DNA of 63,246 nt, filler included, from Choristocarpus tenellus KU-1152 (lineage: Eukaryota > Protista > Phaeophyceae), in the NCBI GenBank assembly GCA_964200185.2. It is 11 parts of 11 records of this genome, joined end to end, with 100 filler letters (N's around TTAATTAATTAA, not from the genome) between each part and the next. Parts side by side here need not be neighbours in the genome. Positions count along the whole stretch, not along the records: positions 50,556 to 55,941 come from CAXNAD020010956.1; positions 56,042 to 63,246 come from CAXNAD020006540.1; 9 more parts are not named here. One strand, 5' to 3'. Position 1 is the stretch's first letter. Each line of letters begins with the position of its first letter. Under the pieces are notes generated by a model. It was not told where the DNA came from. It made no database searches and was given only the letters and a program-made list of their open reading frames with translations. Shown here in pieces: positions 50,928 to 63,246 of the stretch. The position numbers and the translations under genes were made by a program.

Positions 50928-53536
50928 CCAGGCACACACTTCATGAAAGAAGGCATCATTCTGGCAGATTGTCGCTTGTTTCAAATGTAGGGATATAGTT
51001 GCTCTTCTCATGCAAGAATGGATTACACAACACGCCACGATTCCGGGGCTTTAGCATGCTATCATTGCAATCAACATTGTCCTTCTCGTCCCACGGTGGC
51101 AGGTTGCTCTCGCTCCAGAGCCCATCGATTCGGACTCACCAGCAGGAATGAGAGCACCAACGGACATCGCCTTTGCGGATACATCTCAGATTTTGGGGCA
51201 CAAAATTCCTGATTCATCTCATACTACCCTCTGAGTACTGATGTGTTAGACCCGAGCAAGAAACCCAATACGAGACTAGGTAGATGCTGTGACTGTACCC
51301 TACTACCAAGGGTTCCACTGACTGGGCTGTCAAAGGTTAGGGCGACACCAGCTGATCCTCGATTTTTAAGGGGTGAGGACAAAGGAAAAGACAATAGAAA
51401 AACAGTACCCCGACTAAAAACCCCAAACGAAGCTCCCCAACCCTGTCAGCCTTTAGATACATAAAGCATTTAACGATGCTACTCTATTCTCTCACAACAT
51501 GATGTTGGGCCAAAACCTCCTCATCAGGATCGCTTTCGAGGCCCCTCCGTGTGCTCTCACAAAGGAAAGGAGACTGTGCTTTTTCCAGCAGCCCCTCACA
51601 GCAGTCTTCTAAGGGAAATGCACTTACCTCTATCAACCAAGTGTTCCGGCAGCAAGAAACAGACAGTAACATAAAATAAAAAAAAGCGGGGTATGCACTG
51701 CCCCTTTCGCATCACATCACTTTGGGGGGAGGTGTATTCCAAACTTACTCACCTCAGCAAAGTAGACTATCGCTAGTGGCAATGTGTACGGCCACAGTCC
51801 TAGCGTGAACTTCAGCCTTTCCCTGACAGTCATCACCACTTGCAAAGGTACCTGCCCCTGCCTCGTGCTTCCCAGATCTGATCCCATCGAAGCCATTTCT
51901 GGGACTCCCGGTGCTCGGGGAAGCTCTCCAACAACATTCTGATTTGTTCCACACCCATTTCCCAAATGTGTTCCCCCCATGCTGCCCCCAGGGTGATTCC
52001 GTTCACCTGAGCGGTGATAGAGTGATGATCTGGAGCTCGATGTTTGTAATGGGAGCCATGAACTCTTCGTCTCATCCCTTCCACTCTCTTGCTCTGCCTC
52101 TTCCCCAATCGCAAACAATCCTGGCTTCCCCTCCCAACCACCCTTTCCAGTGCAAACATAGTTCTCCATGATGCCTTGGTTGACATCCCCTTCACCCAAA
52201 GACTCACTCTCACCCACATCACCACCTGTGACATCTCCTGTTCCAACACCAACACCAACGAAGTTGCTGCCCCTGTCAGGCTCCCCCAGAATTTGAAAAA
52301 ACGTGTACAGAAGTGCTAGGGCCAGGGAACATGCCCAGAGAAGTGTGGCCTCAAATGAGGTTCTAACAATGAACTGAAAGAAAAAGACCCATGCATAACC
52401 AAAGACTCCTGCAAAGCCTGTACCACTAGACCAGGCTGTGAGGGCTGTTGCCGTGTCATAGAAGGCTGCCAAAGCCAGGAAGGATGCCTCACCCAGACCC
52501 CCTTGAAGAGAAGAAAATGCAACCCCGAGGAGCTGCACACCGGTAGAATTCCCGTACCCTACGGTCACAAAGGACAACACCATTAGGGTCGAGCAGATCC
52601 ACACACGCCAACTGTACGGTACCAGGTGAAACCTGTGACAGGCACAGAAAACCAAGGGTTCGTACCATTTCATGCCCGCCCCATATTATTCCCATCAATC
52701 CCCAACAGCATACCATCCATATTGTTGATCAGAGGTTAAGTGCAATCTGGATTCACAGGTTGTCTAATGTGAGTTGGCTGTTGGTCAGAAGCTAGATGTA
52801 CTGAACAAATCCAGATACCGTTCCTGACTTATATAGCGGTACCGAACCTCCCAAAACTCATGTTGCGCCCCCGAAAAACCCATGCCGGCAAGAACGTGTT
52901 GAACATGGTAACATCGAGGCCCTCATAGACCAGGCAAGTCAATCTTTTGTTTATATGTTGGGACTACCTATCAGAAGGCATTGAAACACTATCGAAGGAA
53001 CGCACAAGCAACTATTTCTCGGATTTCTCGAATTATAGTATTATAAGTGTTCGAACCGCTTTGTGGGGTTGCCCTCTTGGTTGATGTAGGTGCATAAAAA
53101 AGTGAAAAGGTTATAGATGTGAAAATCATTTATATTCTTAAGGGAGCACCCACCAATACGGTGCTGTCAACTTTGTCACCAGACTGGGTAGCACATCTGC
53201 AAGGAACACCAGGCCCACTCCTCCTGGAGCTATCTTCTTGGCCCCGGCCATCATGATCACGTATCCCGAGTTGTTGATCAATCCTAGCACCCAAAAAGCC
53301 GCAGCAGTACGGTAGGCCACTCTGCGCTGCCTCTGCTTTTCGGCAGAGTCTTCGTATACCCTCGTCTTCCCAACAAGCTCATCCTCATCTTGTACATTTA
53401 ACAGCAATGGTTGTGCAACATTGGTAATCTGCATTGGCTTGCCGATACCGGAAACAGGAGTACCTTCTACTGTTAAGTTATCTTTGGGAGAGGGGTCTAT
53501 TGAGGACTTCAATGAGTTGTATTCTACAGGACTCAT
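50556..53536 (-). CDS. CLN3: Battenin / CLN3 / Btn1 family lysosomal-vacuolar membrane protein (3' end truncated by the contig break)
   Basis: Exons 53536-53154, 52632-51753, 50631-50556 (cut). Motifs FWVLGLINNSGYVIM, LADVLPSLVTKLTAPYW, GLGEASFLAL, AWSSGTGFAG, PLAIVYFAEY. Confidence 0.92.
50896..50926 (+). repeat. (GTCT)n microsatellite in a CLN3 intron
   Basis: About 7 tandem units. Confidence 0.85.
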
Positions 53537-56230
53537 CGATGATTACGGCAAACCGAAAACAAATTTCCCCGCCAACTAGCATTCGATCACCATCGGAAGC
53601 AACCCAGAGAGGCAAGACCTGCTGCTACCGTTGCTTCTCGTTTCACCTAAGACGGAGTGTGATGGCTAGAAATATATGTTGAATATGTGCAGTACTAATA
53701 TACACCTCTGGAGGTGTAATTTGTAATAAACTATATCCAAATATATGTAGGTATCTTGAATACTTGTGAGTACAAAACTATCAATCCGACAAACAGCAAG
53801 AGGTAACGAGATCCTGCAATCGGTGCACTTCTCTTTGGAGCCAAATACTTCGCAAACTACGTGTAGAGAAAATGTGGGGTGGTGGAGAGAAGTTCGACCC
53901 TGTCAGGCTGTTGCGTTTGCCTTCGAAATGCATGCGAGAGGAAGGAAGGTGCATGATGGCTGCCATGATTCCTCCAAGCTTTGACTCCAGTGCCAGGACC
54001 TAAATGAGAATATTCTCGTTCATAGCAAGTGGTAGGGGTTTCTCCAAATAATGGACTTATTATGTAGACGGAGACGATGTGCTATTATTGGCGAATGATA
54101 ACACTGGGTATAGTAAACTTGGGTTATTGAGCCCATACTCAGGTCAATGCCGTAGGCGATGTACCAGCTCTGCACCTTGCAGTAGTGCTCTGTAGAATTC
54201 GACTTCTCGAACTATAAATACTCTTCCCCCTTTACAATAATCTTCTCATAACGAAGGAACGCTGATGACCTCACACCAGGGTTGACGTGACGGATACTCC
54301 AAAGCAACATAATTTTTTTGCCGCCTTGCAAACAAGGCGAGAGAATTTGAAAGATGAGCGAGGAAAACCTATGGACCAGGTAGGGAACCCACAACCTGTG
54401 CTGGCAATATCATGTAATTCTCATGCTCAATTTATTTATTAACGAACCCCTTCGAACGACCACGAAGCCAAGATGCATTGATGCTTGTCCCACATCGTTC
54501 TTGAAGGCCGAAACGTCTATCAGATTGGTCAGTCCATAATGGACAAGGTTTACCATGCCTTCTTATGCGCGATGAACTCATTGGAGGTTCGGACACGACG
54601 TTCGACTGACTAATGTGTACATTGTTTGAAGCAATATATCGTAAGTGGTTAGAGGTAGTTCCAATAGTAGTAATTTAGTATAAAACAGTAGAAATACAAC
54701 AGTACAACATATACATCAGTGTATTATATTGATAGTAGTCGAGATTGTCGAGTCCTCTACACAGCACGAAACATATCCTGCAACTCCCCTTGCTTACCAC
54801 CCCTCACCATGCTACCTAGTCAGAAGAGGTACCCTGCAAGGATGCTCTCGACAACCTGCTCGCACGCTCCAGTACCAAGCAAGGTTGTGACCCACGAGTA
54901 GTCCCAAAATATGAGGGAAGATCTAGTCATATCGCACTTTTGAGCTTAGGTCGCCAGTCCCCAGCATTGCAATGTCTTCACTACAGTGCTACAGGCAGTT
55001 TTGCTGGCGTCAGTCACTTCAGTCAAGTAAAACAGAGAGAGATAGTGGCAGTGGAGGTAGCGACAACAATTGAAGGGGACGAAAGCAGTGTTTCTGGTGA
55101 GAGGTGAACAAAGAAAAGCAGTCCAACAAAGGTTACTTCGTCTGACTCCTCTAGTGTACTTTATTGAGTAAATCCCTCTCAGCCTTTTGGAGGGGCAAGC
55201 TATTCTCCCCCCCCCCCTAGTCCAGTTTGGGAGTGGGTTACAACTTGCAACTTGTCCCCTGATCATCTCTGTCTCCATGAACTCTCAGATTGCTGGGCTT
55301 CGGTGGACTCTGGTGGCTTTGAGGCCATGCTAGCCTCAATGGAACTCAAACGCAGGTCCTGCTGGGACCCACCATCCACACCATCTTCGATTTCAAAAGT
55401 CTTATCCCCCCTGGAGTCTCATTTTCGAGCCAGGGTCTTAATTCCATCAGAACAAGGGTCAGATTCTGACAGAGAAGAAGAGCATATCATTGGTACTGTT
55501 TTGGCAAAGGACCACAAAGGGTGAGACCACTACATCAAGTACAGTTGGCTCACAAACACTGTATATTGCCCATTTCCTGCGAAACCTTTAACTGCCAAGC
55601 ATCATGTGACTAGCCCAGCACATAACCATTATAGCCACATCTTGGGATATCATGTGAATTGCATAACATGTGATTGCCCACAACAAAGGAGAGGTAAGCC
55701 TCTGCGTTGCATTATGTAATTTACTGAGTACACTACTACCTCAACCGAAATTCAGGATTAAAAACAAACACGTATATGTGCATATCAGGCTCAAAGCATC
55801 TTGTGGAGGAGGGGTTGGCTGTCCATTTGGGGTCAATTTTTTCATGTCGCGATTTTTGGGTGATTTGGTTGCATACATTGGATAGATAATGTAAGTGCAC
55901 TTTTCTAGTTTTGGTCCAAATTGACACCCTGGTGTAGACCCNNNNNNNNNNNNNNNNNNNNNNNNNNNNNNNNNNNNNNNNNNNNTTAATTAATTAANNN
56001 NNNNNNNNNNNNNNNNNNNNNNNNNNNNNNNNNNNNNNNNNCCCCCCCCCCTCCCCTTTTTGATTTGACATAAAATAAAATAATTATGCCACAGTAATCC
56101 CCCTGCTGTGTGTTCCTACACTGATCTCTCTACCCCAACCCCCCACTCTTGATGACCTTGACTTACATTGCCTCACCCTTACCTAACTCTAATCTGACCT
56201 TACCTTGCCTGTGGCAATTACTTCAATCAG

Positions 56231-56380
56231 GGGGGTTTAATGGCAAACGAGTGGCTAAATGCCACCCTCGAGGTCTGCGGGGGAAGGGGAGGTGGTCGTC
56301 CAACTGCTGCCCAGGGGCAGGCCCCGGATGCATCGTGTATGGCAGCTGCCATGGATGCTGCACGAGCTTTTGTTGCATAG
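56231..56380 (+). CDS. AARS: Alanyl-tRNA synthetase, terminal exon (C-Ala/DHHA1 domain)
   Basis: CAG|GGG acceptor and 50 codons to TAG: GGLMANEWLNATLEVCGGRGGGRPTAAQGQAPDASCMAAAMDAARAFVA, matching the eukaryotic AlaRS C-terminus (GLKANEW...GKGGGK..AQ). This frame is absent from the ORF track. Confidence 0.8.
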   Translation, partial: GGLMANEWLNATLEVCGGRGGGRPTAAQGQAPDASCMAAAMDAARAFVA

Positions 56381-57547
56381 GGATAGAATATTGGAAGCAA
56401 TGTTGAGAGTGTGAGGGGGGAGGAAGGCAATCAATTAAAAAAAACGTTGTTTGTTGTGTTTGTGTGTAAGTGTGTGAGTGTTTTGATATGTTTGGGGCGT
56501 GCATTGATCCTCTCCTCGTCCTATCTCCCTATCAGTTGCTTCGTTTTTTGTTGATGAGTAGGAAAAGTCACTTCTGTTTGCATGGCGCGCTAGTCTTGGT
56601 TGCAGCATGTGTGCACAACTTTACAAGTGCACTCTGGTGCGCAAAGCACATAAGGCAGTCCGTTGAGGAAGGCGTGTGAATATGGGTCAGAAATCTCTCG
56701 TGAATTCTGCTTCCGCCTGCGCTGGAGCCTGAATCTTCAGTGCGATGCTCTTGACTGGCAGGAAAGTGCAAGCACTTTGACAGCAGGAAAGGGTGCGGAT
56801 TGGAACTTTTTGATGTGGTGTTTCTGGGGTCATTTCAATGGCCCCTTGGTGAGGTTGCTCTTTAACTACCCACTTCAAAAATTTTTGCTTTTTTTTGTGT
56901 ACAATCAACTCTTTTAACTGCTTTGAGGTAATTGTCGTGAAATCCCCTCTGCTCTTGAGACGTCAAACCAAACCCTATAACAGGAGGCTCGAGAACATGC
57001 ATTAAATGAACAAAAACAAAGATGGGTTGGTCCATGAGAAGTCAGACTGCTTTAGTATATTGGAACTAAATGCGATTTGGTGAAGGATGAGGGGTAGTGA
57101 TAGGTCTCATAGGTGTATTGGAGTGATACGATATTTGATGTAAGAAACTATTGCGAAAAAAGTAGGATGATGTTGATTTGATGTAATTTTTTTATGTGTC
57201 ATATCAAATGAAATAAATGACATGATACGATATTATATTCCAAAATATGAAGATCGAAGTTTTTTCACCGATTCTTGATGAGAACTTCAGTGGACAAGAT
57301 GGTGTGGATGGAGTGAACCAGCGAGTTAGAGGCTATTTGGTTGTGAGGGTGGAAGTGAAGATGCATTTGACAAAAATTTAAAGTGGGTGAGACACATAGT
57401 TCCAGTAGTCATGCATCCACTCAAATGTAAAGGCTGTCACACTCAATGCTTGATTCGGTTGTGTTGATACAGAAGATGCTTACTTGAGAGGAAGAATATG
57501 TCATTATGTAACTGTAAATCAATGCAACCAGTGGATGCAGACACAGT

Positions 57548-57735
57548 GAATGAAAGTATCTTAGAGGGTATAAGTTTTCCCTGTTTGTCCGTTTGAGGCT
57601 TGGCTTCCCATGGGCTTTTTACATTTTGACGTACTCTGAAATGTTTCGGAGTAGGTAAAATTAATAGGTTATGAAAAGGTGTGCCTGGAACAAGGATATT
57701 GACATCTCCTAACAAATATCACAGCAAACATTACG
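57548..57735 (+). mobile_element. Truncated copy of the 25753-26016 MITE
   Basis: GAATGAAAGTATCTTAGAGGGTA...CCCTGTTTGTCCGTTTG...GAACAAGGATATTGAC aligns to the MITE left arm. Confidence 0.75.
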
Positions 57736-59364
57736 GGGGAACTTGTTGGTCCCCTTGAATGGTGGAAGGAGGAGGACATTTTTGAAGAGTTGAGTAAATT
57801 GGCATGGGAGTATTTCCGTGCACAGGCCACTTCAGGTGGTGCATCTAAGTGATTGTTTTCCACTGCTGCAACAAAGCACAGTCGTCTCTCTGTATGTATG
57901 TGGGTGTGGTCGATAACAATATGTGTGGTTCTGCCCACTACTAGTGGGGATCACTCTGGTGTCCAAGGTTGGAATGTGTAGGTAGCAGGAAACCGTAATG
58001 GTCGTGGAGACAAATGGAACTCTCTATGTAGGATTATGGGCACCTTTAACTATCTTCTATTTGCGTGGGAATAGGGTAGAGTAGGTTGTGTTGTGTTGCT
58101 TTTCTCTTTTTGGGCTCATATTTGCCTTGCTTGTGTTACCCCAGTCACTGCACTGAGTGTTGGTGCCAGCTGAGTAACACAATATAATTATAATGTAATA
58201 CAGAATAAAATAGGATAATTTATATATTGTGATAAACATGGTAATAAAAACAACAACAAAAGAAATATACCGTAACATCACACCTGTTCCGAATCTGCCT
58301 TTTTTTTTAATCTCCCGAAACTGAGGATAATACGCACGGTCGTGCACGTAAACTTTTGGTATTGAGTTCAGACCAAGTAATGTGGTGTGGGTTAGACACA
58401 TAACTGGCTCGCGGTAACCCTGACACGAACGGTGGGTTCAAACCAGCAAAGCCCAAGATTGTGTTTTCTGTTCTGACTGGTCACAACCAATCACATTGAA
58501 GATTGATCCACATGGCACTCCGAGGCTGTCAACATACACCCAGCATGCCTCAGTCTCATCTCTCACTTATTTTCTGAACCTCATCTCTGGTGGTTCTAAT
58601 CACCCCGCATCACACAGAACCAGGCCCCTTAACAGTGGTACTCATGCCGAGTGTTCAAGGGGGTCAACACGCTTTCACATTATGCCGGACCACACCAAGA
58701 CGTACGAGACAAAGACAAGTGGGACCACTTCCAGCCCCAGCTACACTTCCACTTCCACACCCGCAAAGAGAAGACCCCTGACAGGAAATGGAAGAAGAAG
58801 GCAACCACCAGCACAGTAACTGAAGGAGGTGAAGAGGGGGTACCAGTTCCAACGTGTACAATCTGCAGACAAAGGCACCCCAGGTGGCTCGCTAGAACAG
58901 GAAGGGGTGACGGAGCAGAGGAGGAAATGGGCAAAGACAGTACAATGGCGACATTCGATCCCCAGTCATTAATAAATTGACAGCTTGTCTATGCCAAGAA
59001 AATTGTCGAGGTAATTGGTCGGACTCCTGGTGACCAAGGCTTTCATGTGAATAAAAATTATATGATGGTAGTAATGGATATTGGGGTTGTTCTTGTCACT
59101 TCTTTTCAGGCTTTCAGAGAGGTTTCTCCTCATTTTCCTCCCAATTCTCTCTTACATCGAGCAGACTCGCATTTTTTCCCACCACTGGTTTCACATGTTT
59201 CCCAAAAACCCGTATCAAAATTTATACAAAATATAACGAAGTTACAAACGTGCTCCAGAACAGCAGGACACAGCATAGCAGTCTTTTGTCTCTCAGTACT
59301 GCACAGTACAGTACACACAGTATATCACATCGAGTTTAGATGACTGCATTGTACAGATGTAACG

Positions 59365-60543
59365 ATGCCCTGCGTACCGGGATCCAGCTGCAACATACAG
59401 GGTAATACTCCTGGTCCGTCACACTATACCCGCCATAAGTGTCGCGTTTGTAGCGACTATCTTCATGGCATTTGCAGCGTCGTGGATCCTTTTGGGGCCA
59501 GCGAAATGAAACTCGTGTGAAAATTGTGCGTGGGCCCTACCAAGCGCAAGGTTTCGATTCCTCCAGGCGTTGAAAACACGGCGTTGAAGCGCCACGATAA
59601 GAAGAACACAGGCGAGGGGAAGGTGCTGCCAAATGTATCTACGGAGAAAGACGCATCCTACAAGCCTCGTGGTGCCGACAATCTTAAATACTTGAGCTCT
59701 GCAAAGAAGGTGGAAGCGTTGACACTCCTGAAGATCATGACGGGAACTGGGGTTGCTCAAAAGTGTAGAATCGGTCACAGAACCCTCTACAAGTTGAAGG
59801 AGGCAACAACCATCATGGAGAAAGCGCAGACGCTGAAGCCTGACGCCAAGTCTACAAGGGGTACCGAACATGTCCAGGTGCGTCAGAGAGTGGATTAAAA
59901 GTGTGAAAGTAGGTTGATTGTGATCGTGATTGAATTGTCTTTCGGCACTGTCTGTGCTGATGAGGATCATGATCGATTTTTTTGAAATTTTGGGCTTGTT
60001 TCTGTCATACTGTAATATCTGTATAGTGTACTGTAGTATTACGGATGGGCATTTTTCTCGTTGAGGTACGCCCCACAAGGTATCCCTATATATTAATGAG
60101 GATCTCTCGATACTCTTGACGCTCTGCACCTCAAACGTGGTGGAAAAGCGTCTCAGGCTTCCATCGACGCAGCGAGAGCGTGGATCGGAGTGGAAGACAA
60201 CGATGAAGTGGCCAATGCGATACTAGAGGACACATGAAAGATCTGCTGCTCGAGGAATCCTTATACCAGTCAGACAATGAAAGCTCGGGTGACGAGGATG
60301 ACGGTGGGTTTTTGGGAGAGGGCAGTGCATCGATGGGCCGCGAGGAAAGGAGCAGCCTCTTCAGTGTTCTCGACTCCTTCACCCCCGTACCCTCAAGTAG
60401 CTGACGAGTTTGCGAGCTTTGAAACAACTACCGAAGAGTGCAGCATGAACGATGTATTGTACTATCTCCAGAAAGCAAAGCTGGCTTGGCTCAGCGCAAT
60501 TGGGGCAAGGGCAATCAAACAAGCGGACATCCCCCTTTTTTTT
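59365..60543 (+). mobile_element. Internally deleted pogo/Tigger-like transposase pseudogene: PHD-like finger, CENP-B/psq HTH, acidic tail with PIP box
   Basis: ATG at 59365. C4HC3 spacing with a TGA at one Cys position. LSSAKKVEALTLLK...VAQKCRIGHRTLYKLK is CENP-B N-terminal HTH-like. An acidic segment precedes the terminal KQADIPLFF (Q-x-x-I-x-x-F-F). No DDD domain seen. Confidence 0.6.
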
Positions 60544-61632
60544 GGCAGTCGCGATTTTTTATTAGCAGATAAGTTGTTTTACTCAGTGCGTGCGATGGGG
60601 GGTCCGTCCATGGCGGTGCAGCTGCATTTGATCCACGATGGTGTTTTTGATACTGCACTGTAAAATATCCTCGTAGAATGCAATTGAATGCGTAGGCCAG
60701 GGCATCAGAGGGAGATTGGCTTTGAACGTTGATTTGATTTGAACTGCGAGTCGTCTGTCCAGCCATCCAATGGATTGCGGGTGCTTTTCTTGGCAAGGTG
60801 TACTATACATAGGAGTGAATACATCGCAATGAGTGTAAGTTACGAAAGTTACAGTTCTATGTACATGTGAGAGTGCAGGGGTAGTGTAGATGTGGTGCTT
60901 ACTGCACCACCTCAGCTTCATCGAAATGGTTTCACCGAGGGCAATGTTCAATACATATCTACATCTAACTAGTCTTGAAAGCACATAGGAAGCATATACA
61001 ACAAGGGCGCTCTGTCGTCGTTCGGGTACAAGTATAAAGTTTTTAAGAGAAAAGTGCTCTTATATAAATAAGAGAGGGTTTTTCGCTTGTTCCTATCCTC
61101 TCTTATATAGGTAATACAGAGTAATTAAAATAGTGTAACTCACTACTAATACACAAATCGGGTACACTTCCTCACAACTAAATGATCGAGTTGAGGTACA
61201 AGTAGAACTCCATTTATAAATTGGCTATCTAGCCAAGACTACTTACCTCTGTGCAATTTACCTTGGTACAGAGAAAGACGAGAAAGAAGAGGAAGTAAGT
61301 TGTTGGGGGATGCCAGAAAAGTTGGAGAAGTTTTGTTTAGGGGGCACTGTAGCAACGGTGTGATGTTGCATGCTTGTAAATGCAGTTAGCAAGTTGCATC
61401 TACCTTTTAAATTTCCCTCATTTCCTGTCGATCGTGTGTTGTTGGCGTTCTTGCATCTGGTCGGTGAAGCTGGAGTAACTTCATACTGGAGCACGTAGTG
61501 CTGGAGGATAGTATATGCAGGACAATAGAGGCAACAGAGATGCTCTAAGGAAGAAGCACGGTTGTGTGGCACCGTAGATGCTCAATTCAGCACTTTGACT
61601 CTTCACTAAGCGAGGTGTGGAATCACCCAGAG

Positions 61633-61737
61633 ATGGATGCCGACGAGGCACGCCAAAGACTACTGAATGGGGGATACTTCATTGCCCTTGGCGTGCCACC
61701 AGGGGTGGATTTTGGTATCGACTGCAAGACTTACAAG
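61633..61737 (+). CDS. AAR2: AAR2 U5 snRNP assembly factor, first coding exon
   Basis: MDADEARQRLLNGGYFIALGVPPGVDFGIDCKTYK matches the AAR2 N-terminus (P-x-G-x-x-FGID). Likely donor AAG|GTGGGC. Downstream exons were not identified. Confidence 0.72.
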
Positions 61738-63246
61738 GTGGGCAAATATCTACAAGGTCTATTGAACCAAGGGTGGGGGGGTGATTTTCGTGTACCACTT
61801 GTCCACTACAATGCCATACTCAACTCTGTTAGCCTGGAGAGAACAACAGGGCCCAGCCTTTTCTCGGTCATTTTATGTATATTGGAGAATCTGCGTATCG
61901 CTGGACAAGTCTCCTATCCTGCAACGAAGTTGGCTGTACAATGTAGATCGTGCTTCCTTCTCGAGACTTTTGTTTTGGCGTTGTGTAGGTACTAGACTTC
62001 CTGCCTACTGTCCCAGTGAACTCTAAGACGTCTACGATTTTTTCCTCTGCATTCATTTTCACGAGTGGAATTGAGCTTCAGGAGGGTCAGGCAATCGTCG
62101 CGCAGCTTGTCCATCGAGTTGCATGTTGTGCGGCCGTGTGCAGACAATTTGCATTTTTTCTCTGACCAAAGTAGAAGTTGAGATCCATAGAGTTTAGGCT
62201 GTACTTGTAACGTCAATTCGGTATTTACGCGTTATCCATTATGTTACCCCCATGGCCCCTACGTTGTACACGAAACTGTTATTTCACTTGTACATAGCGT
62301 GTTCCTGACACAAGTGAACTTTATAATTTTTAGAGGTTGATTTCTGTCGTCCATTCCAGGCATTGTCCCCAACCATCTCCTCCTCACCAACGATTTCCCA
62401 GTTGCCTGGGAGACCCCTTCCGTATCTCACACAAATTGCCATGACCTTTGAACTGTTGGGAGGAAGCCTCTTCATGTGTAAAAGAACAGGATGGTCTGTC
62501 ACCTCCATCTTGATAATCAGTATGAGCATCAGTTGGCACATTATGGAGCTTGCAAGTGGCACAGGACTTGAGGCAAACCCCTATTCCTTTCCTGGAGAAT
62601 GAGAGGAAGAGTCCACAACAGACTTCTTTGCTTGGAAGACCCACTGCCACCATTTGTTGTTTCTTTTTATGTTCCTGATGGATATTTTTTTGTTTTTTTT
62701 ATTAATTTTTTGTGCCACTGTGACCACACCCTATGGAAAGACTTAACATTAAAGAATATATATTGTTGGTACTCTAGGTGTTTTGTTCTCTGCCTTATTT
62801 ATGCTTTCCCAATATTGTCCCATGTGGCATGTAACCTTTTCATCTTTGATGCATCAGTGTTTGTACACCTAGGGCACTTGTTATTGTGTCCCCTCTTTGC
62901 ATAGTGAATGTCATCCTCCCATCTCATAGTGGAAGCTGACACGAGCCTGTTGCTGTATAGGTGCCATTGGGAAAACTGATGACCTTTATGACTCCCTATG
63001 ACTGAGAGGCAACCTTCAAGAGCAAGGCTATCCCCTCTCCCTTTTGCATTTTTAGGGCAATCTTACCACCTGGAAAAATGTAGACAATTCCACCAAAGGA
63101 TATAATGAAATATTGACCTTTTTTGATGAAGGAAATGCCGGTGTGTGAAATGATTTAGAACAAATTGTTGCCAACTGGTGAAAAAGGCAACGGTGATATC
63201 TGCTGGTAAGAATAGATAATAGATGTACCTTGTTGTGCCTGGAAGA

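Noticed and set aside
58380-58455. tRNA/SINE head (GGTTCAAACC B-box-like)
   Set aside because: The T stem is weak, and there is no acceptor stem or clear A box.
59957-59990. CTGATGA...GAAA as a hammerhead ribozyme core
   Set aside because: Stem II does not close next to GAAA, and no convincing stems I/III or cleavage triplet are present.
59419-60129. 236-aa minus-strand ORF
   Set aside because: It is the antisense shadow of the plus-strand PHD/HTH transposase remnant and has no recognisable motifs.
5289-61737. Functional clustering of HMGR, CLN3, HECT, AlaRS, AAR2 and U1 (for example a lipid or splicing cluster)
   Set aside because: The genes lie on different contigs joined artificially, so linkage is not shown.

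Overview
This is an intron-rich eukaryotic draft assembly. The window is 11 unrelated contigs joined by 10 artificial 100-bp linkers (44 N + TTAATTAATTAA + 44 N), so adjacency across linkers means nothing. Gene content, GT-AG introns and TTAGGG motifs fit a stramenopile, possibly brown-alga-like, but that taxon is a guess. Genes reconstructed by hand from spliced exons: a 9-exon class I HMG-CoA reductase (5' end missing), a TRIP12/UFD4/UPL3-type HECT E3 ligase fragment, CLN3/battenin, the 3' end of a GAF-domain protein, the last exon of alanyl-tRNA synthetase, the first exon of AAR2, and tentatively the first exon of DNA polymerase epsilon. A U1 snRNA gene (cut by a contig end) sits head-to-head with a degenerate tRNA-like A/B-box element. 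Mobile DNA includes a decayed plant-type mariner, Ty3/gypsy and DIRS/Ngaro relics, a probable copia relic, an internally deleted pogo-like element with an N-terminal PHD-like finger, and a Sola2-like MITE family whose TIR lies at many contig breaks. The best candidate for an undescribed system is the trypanosome-like arrangement of a divergent tRNA-like element, a TATA box and U1 snRNA.
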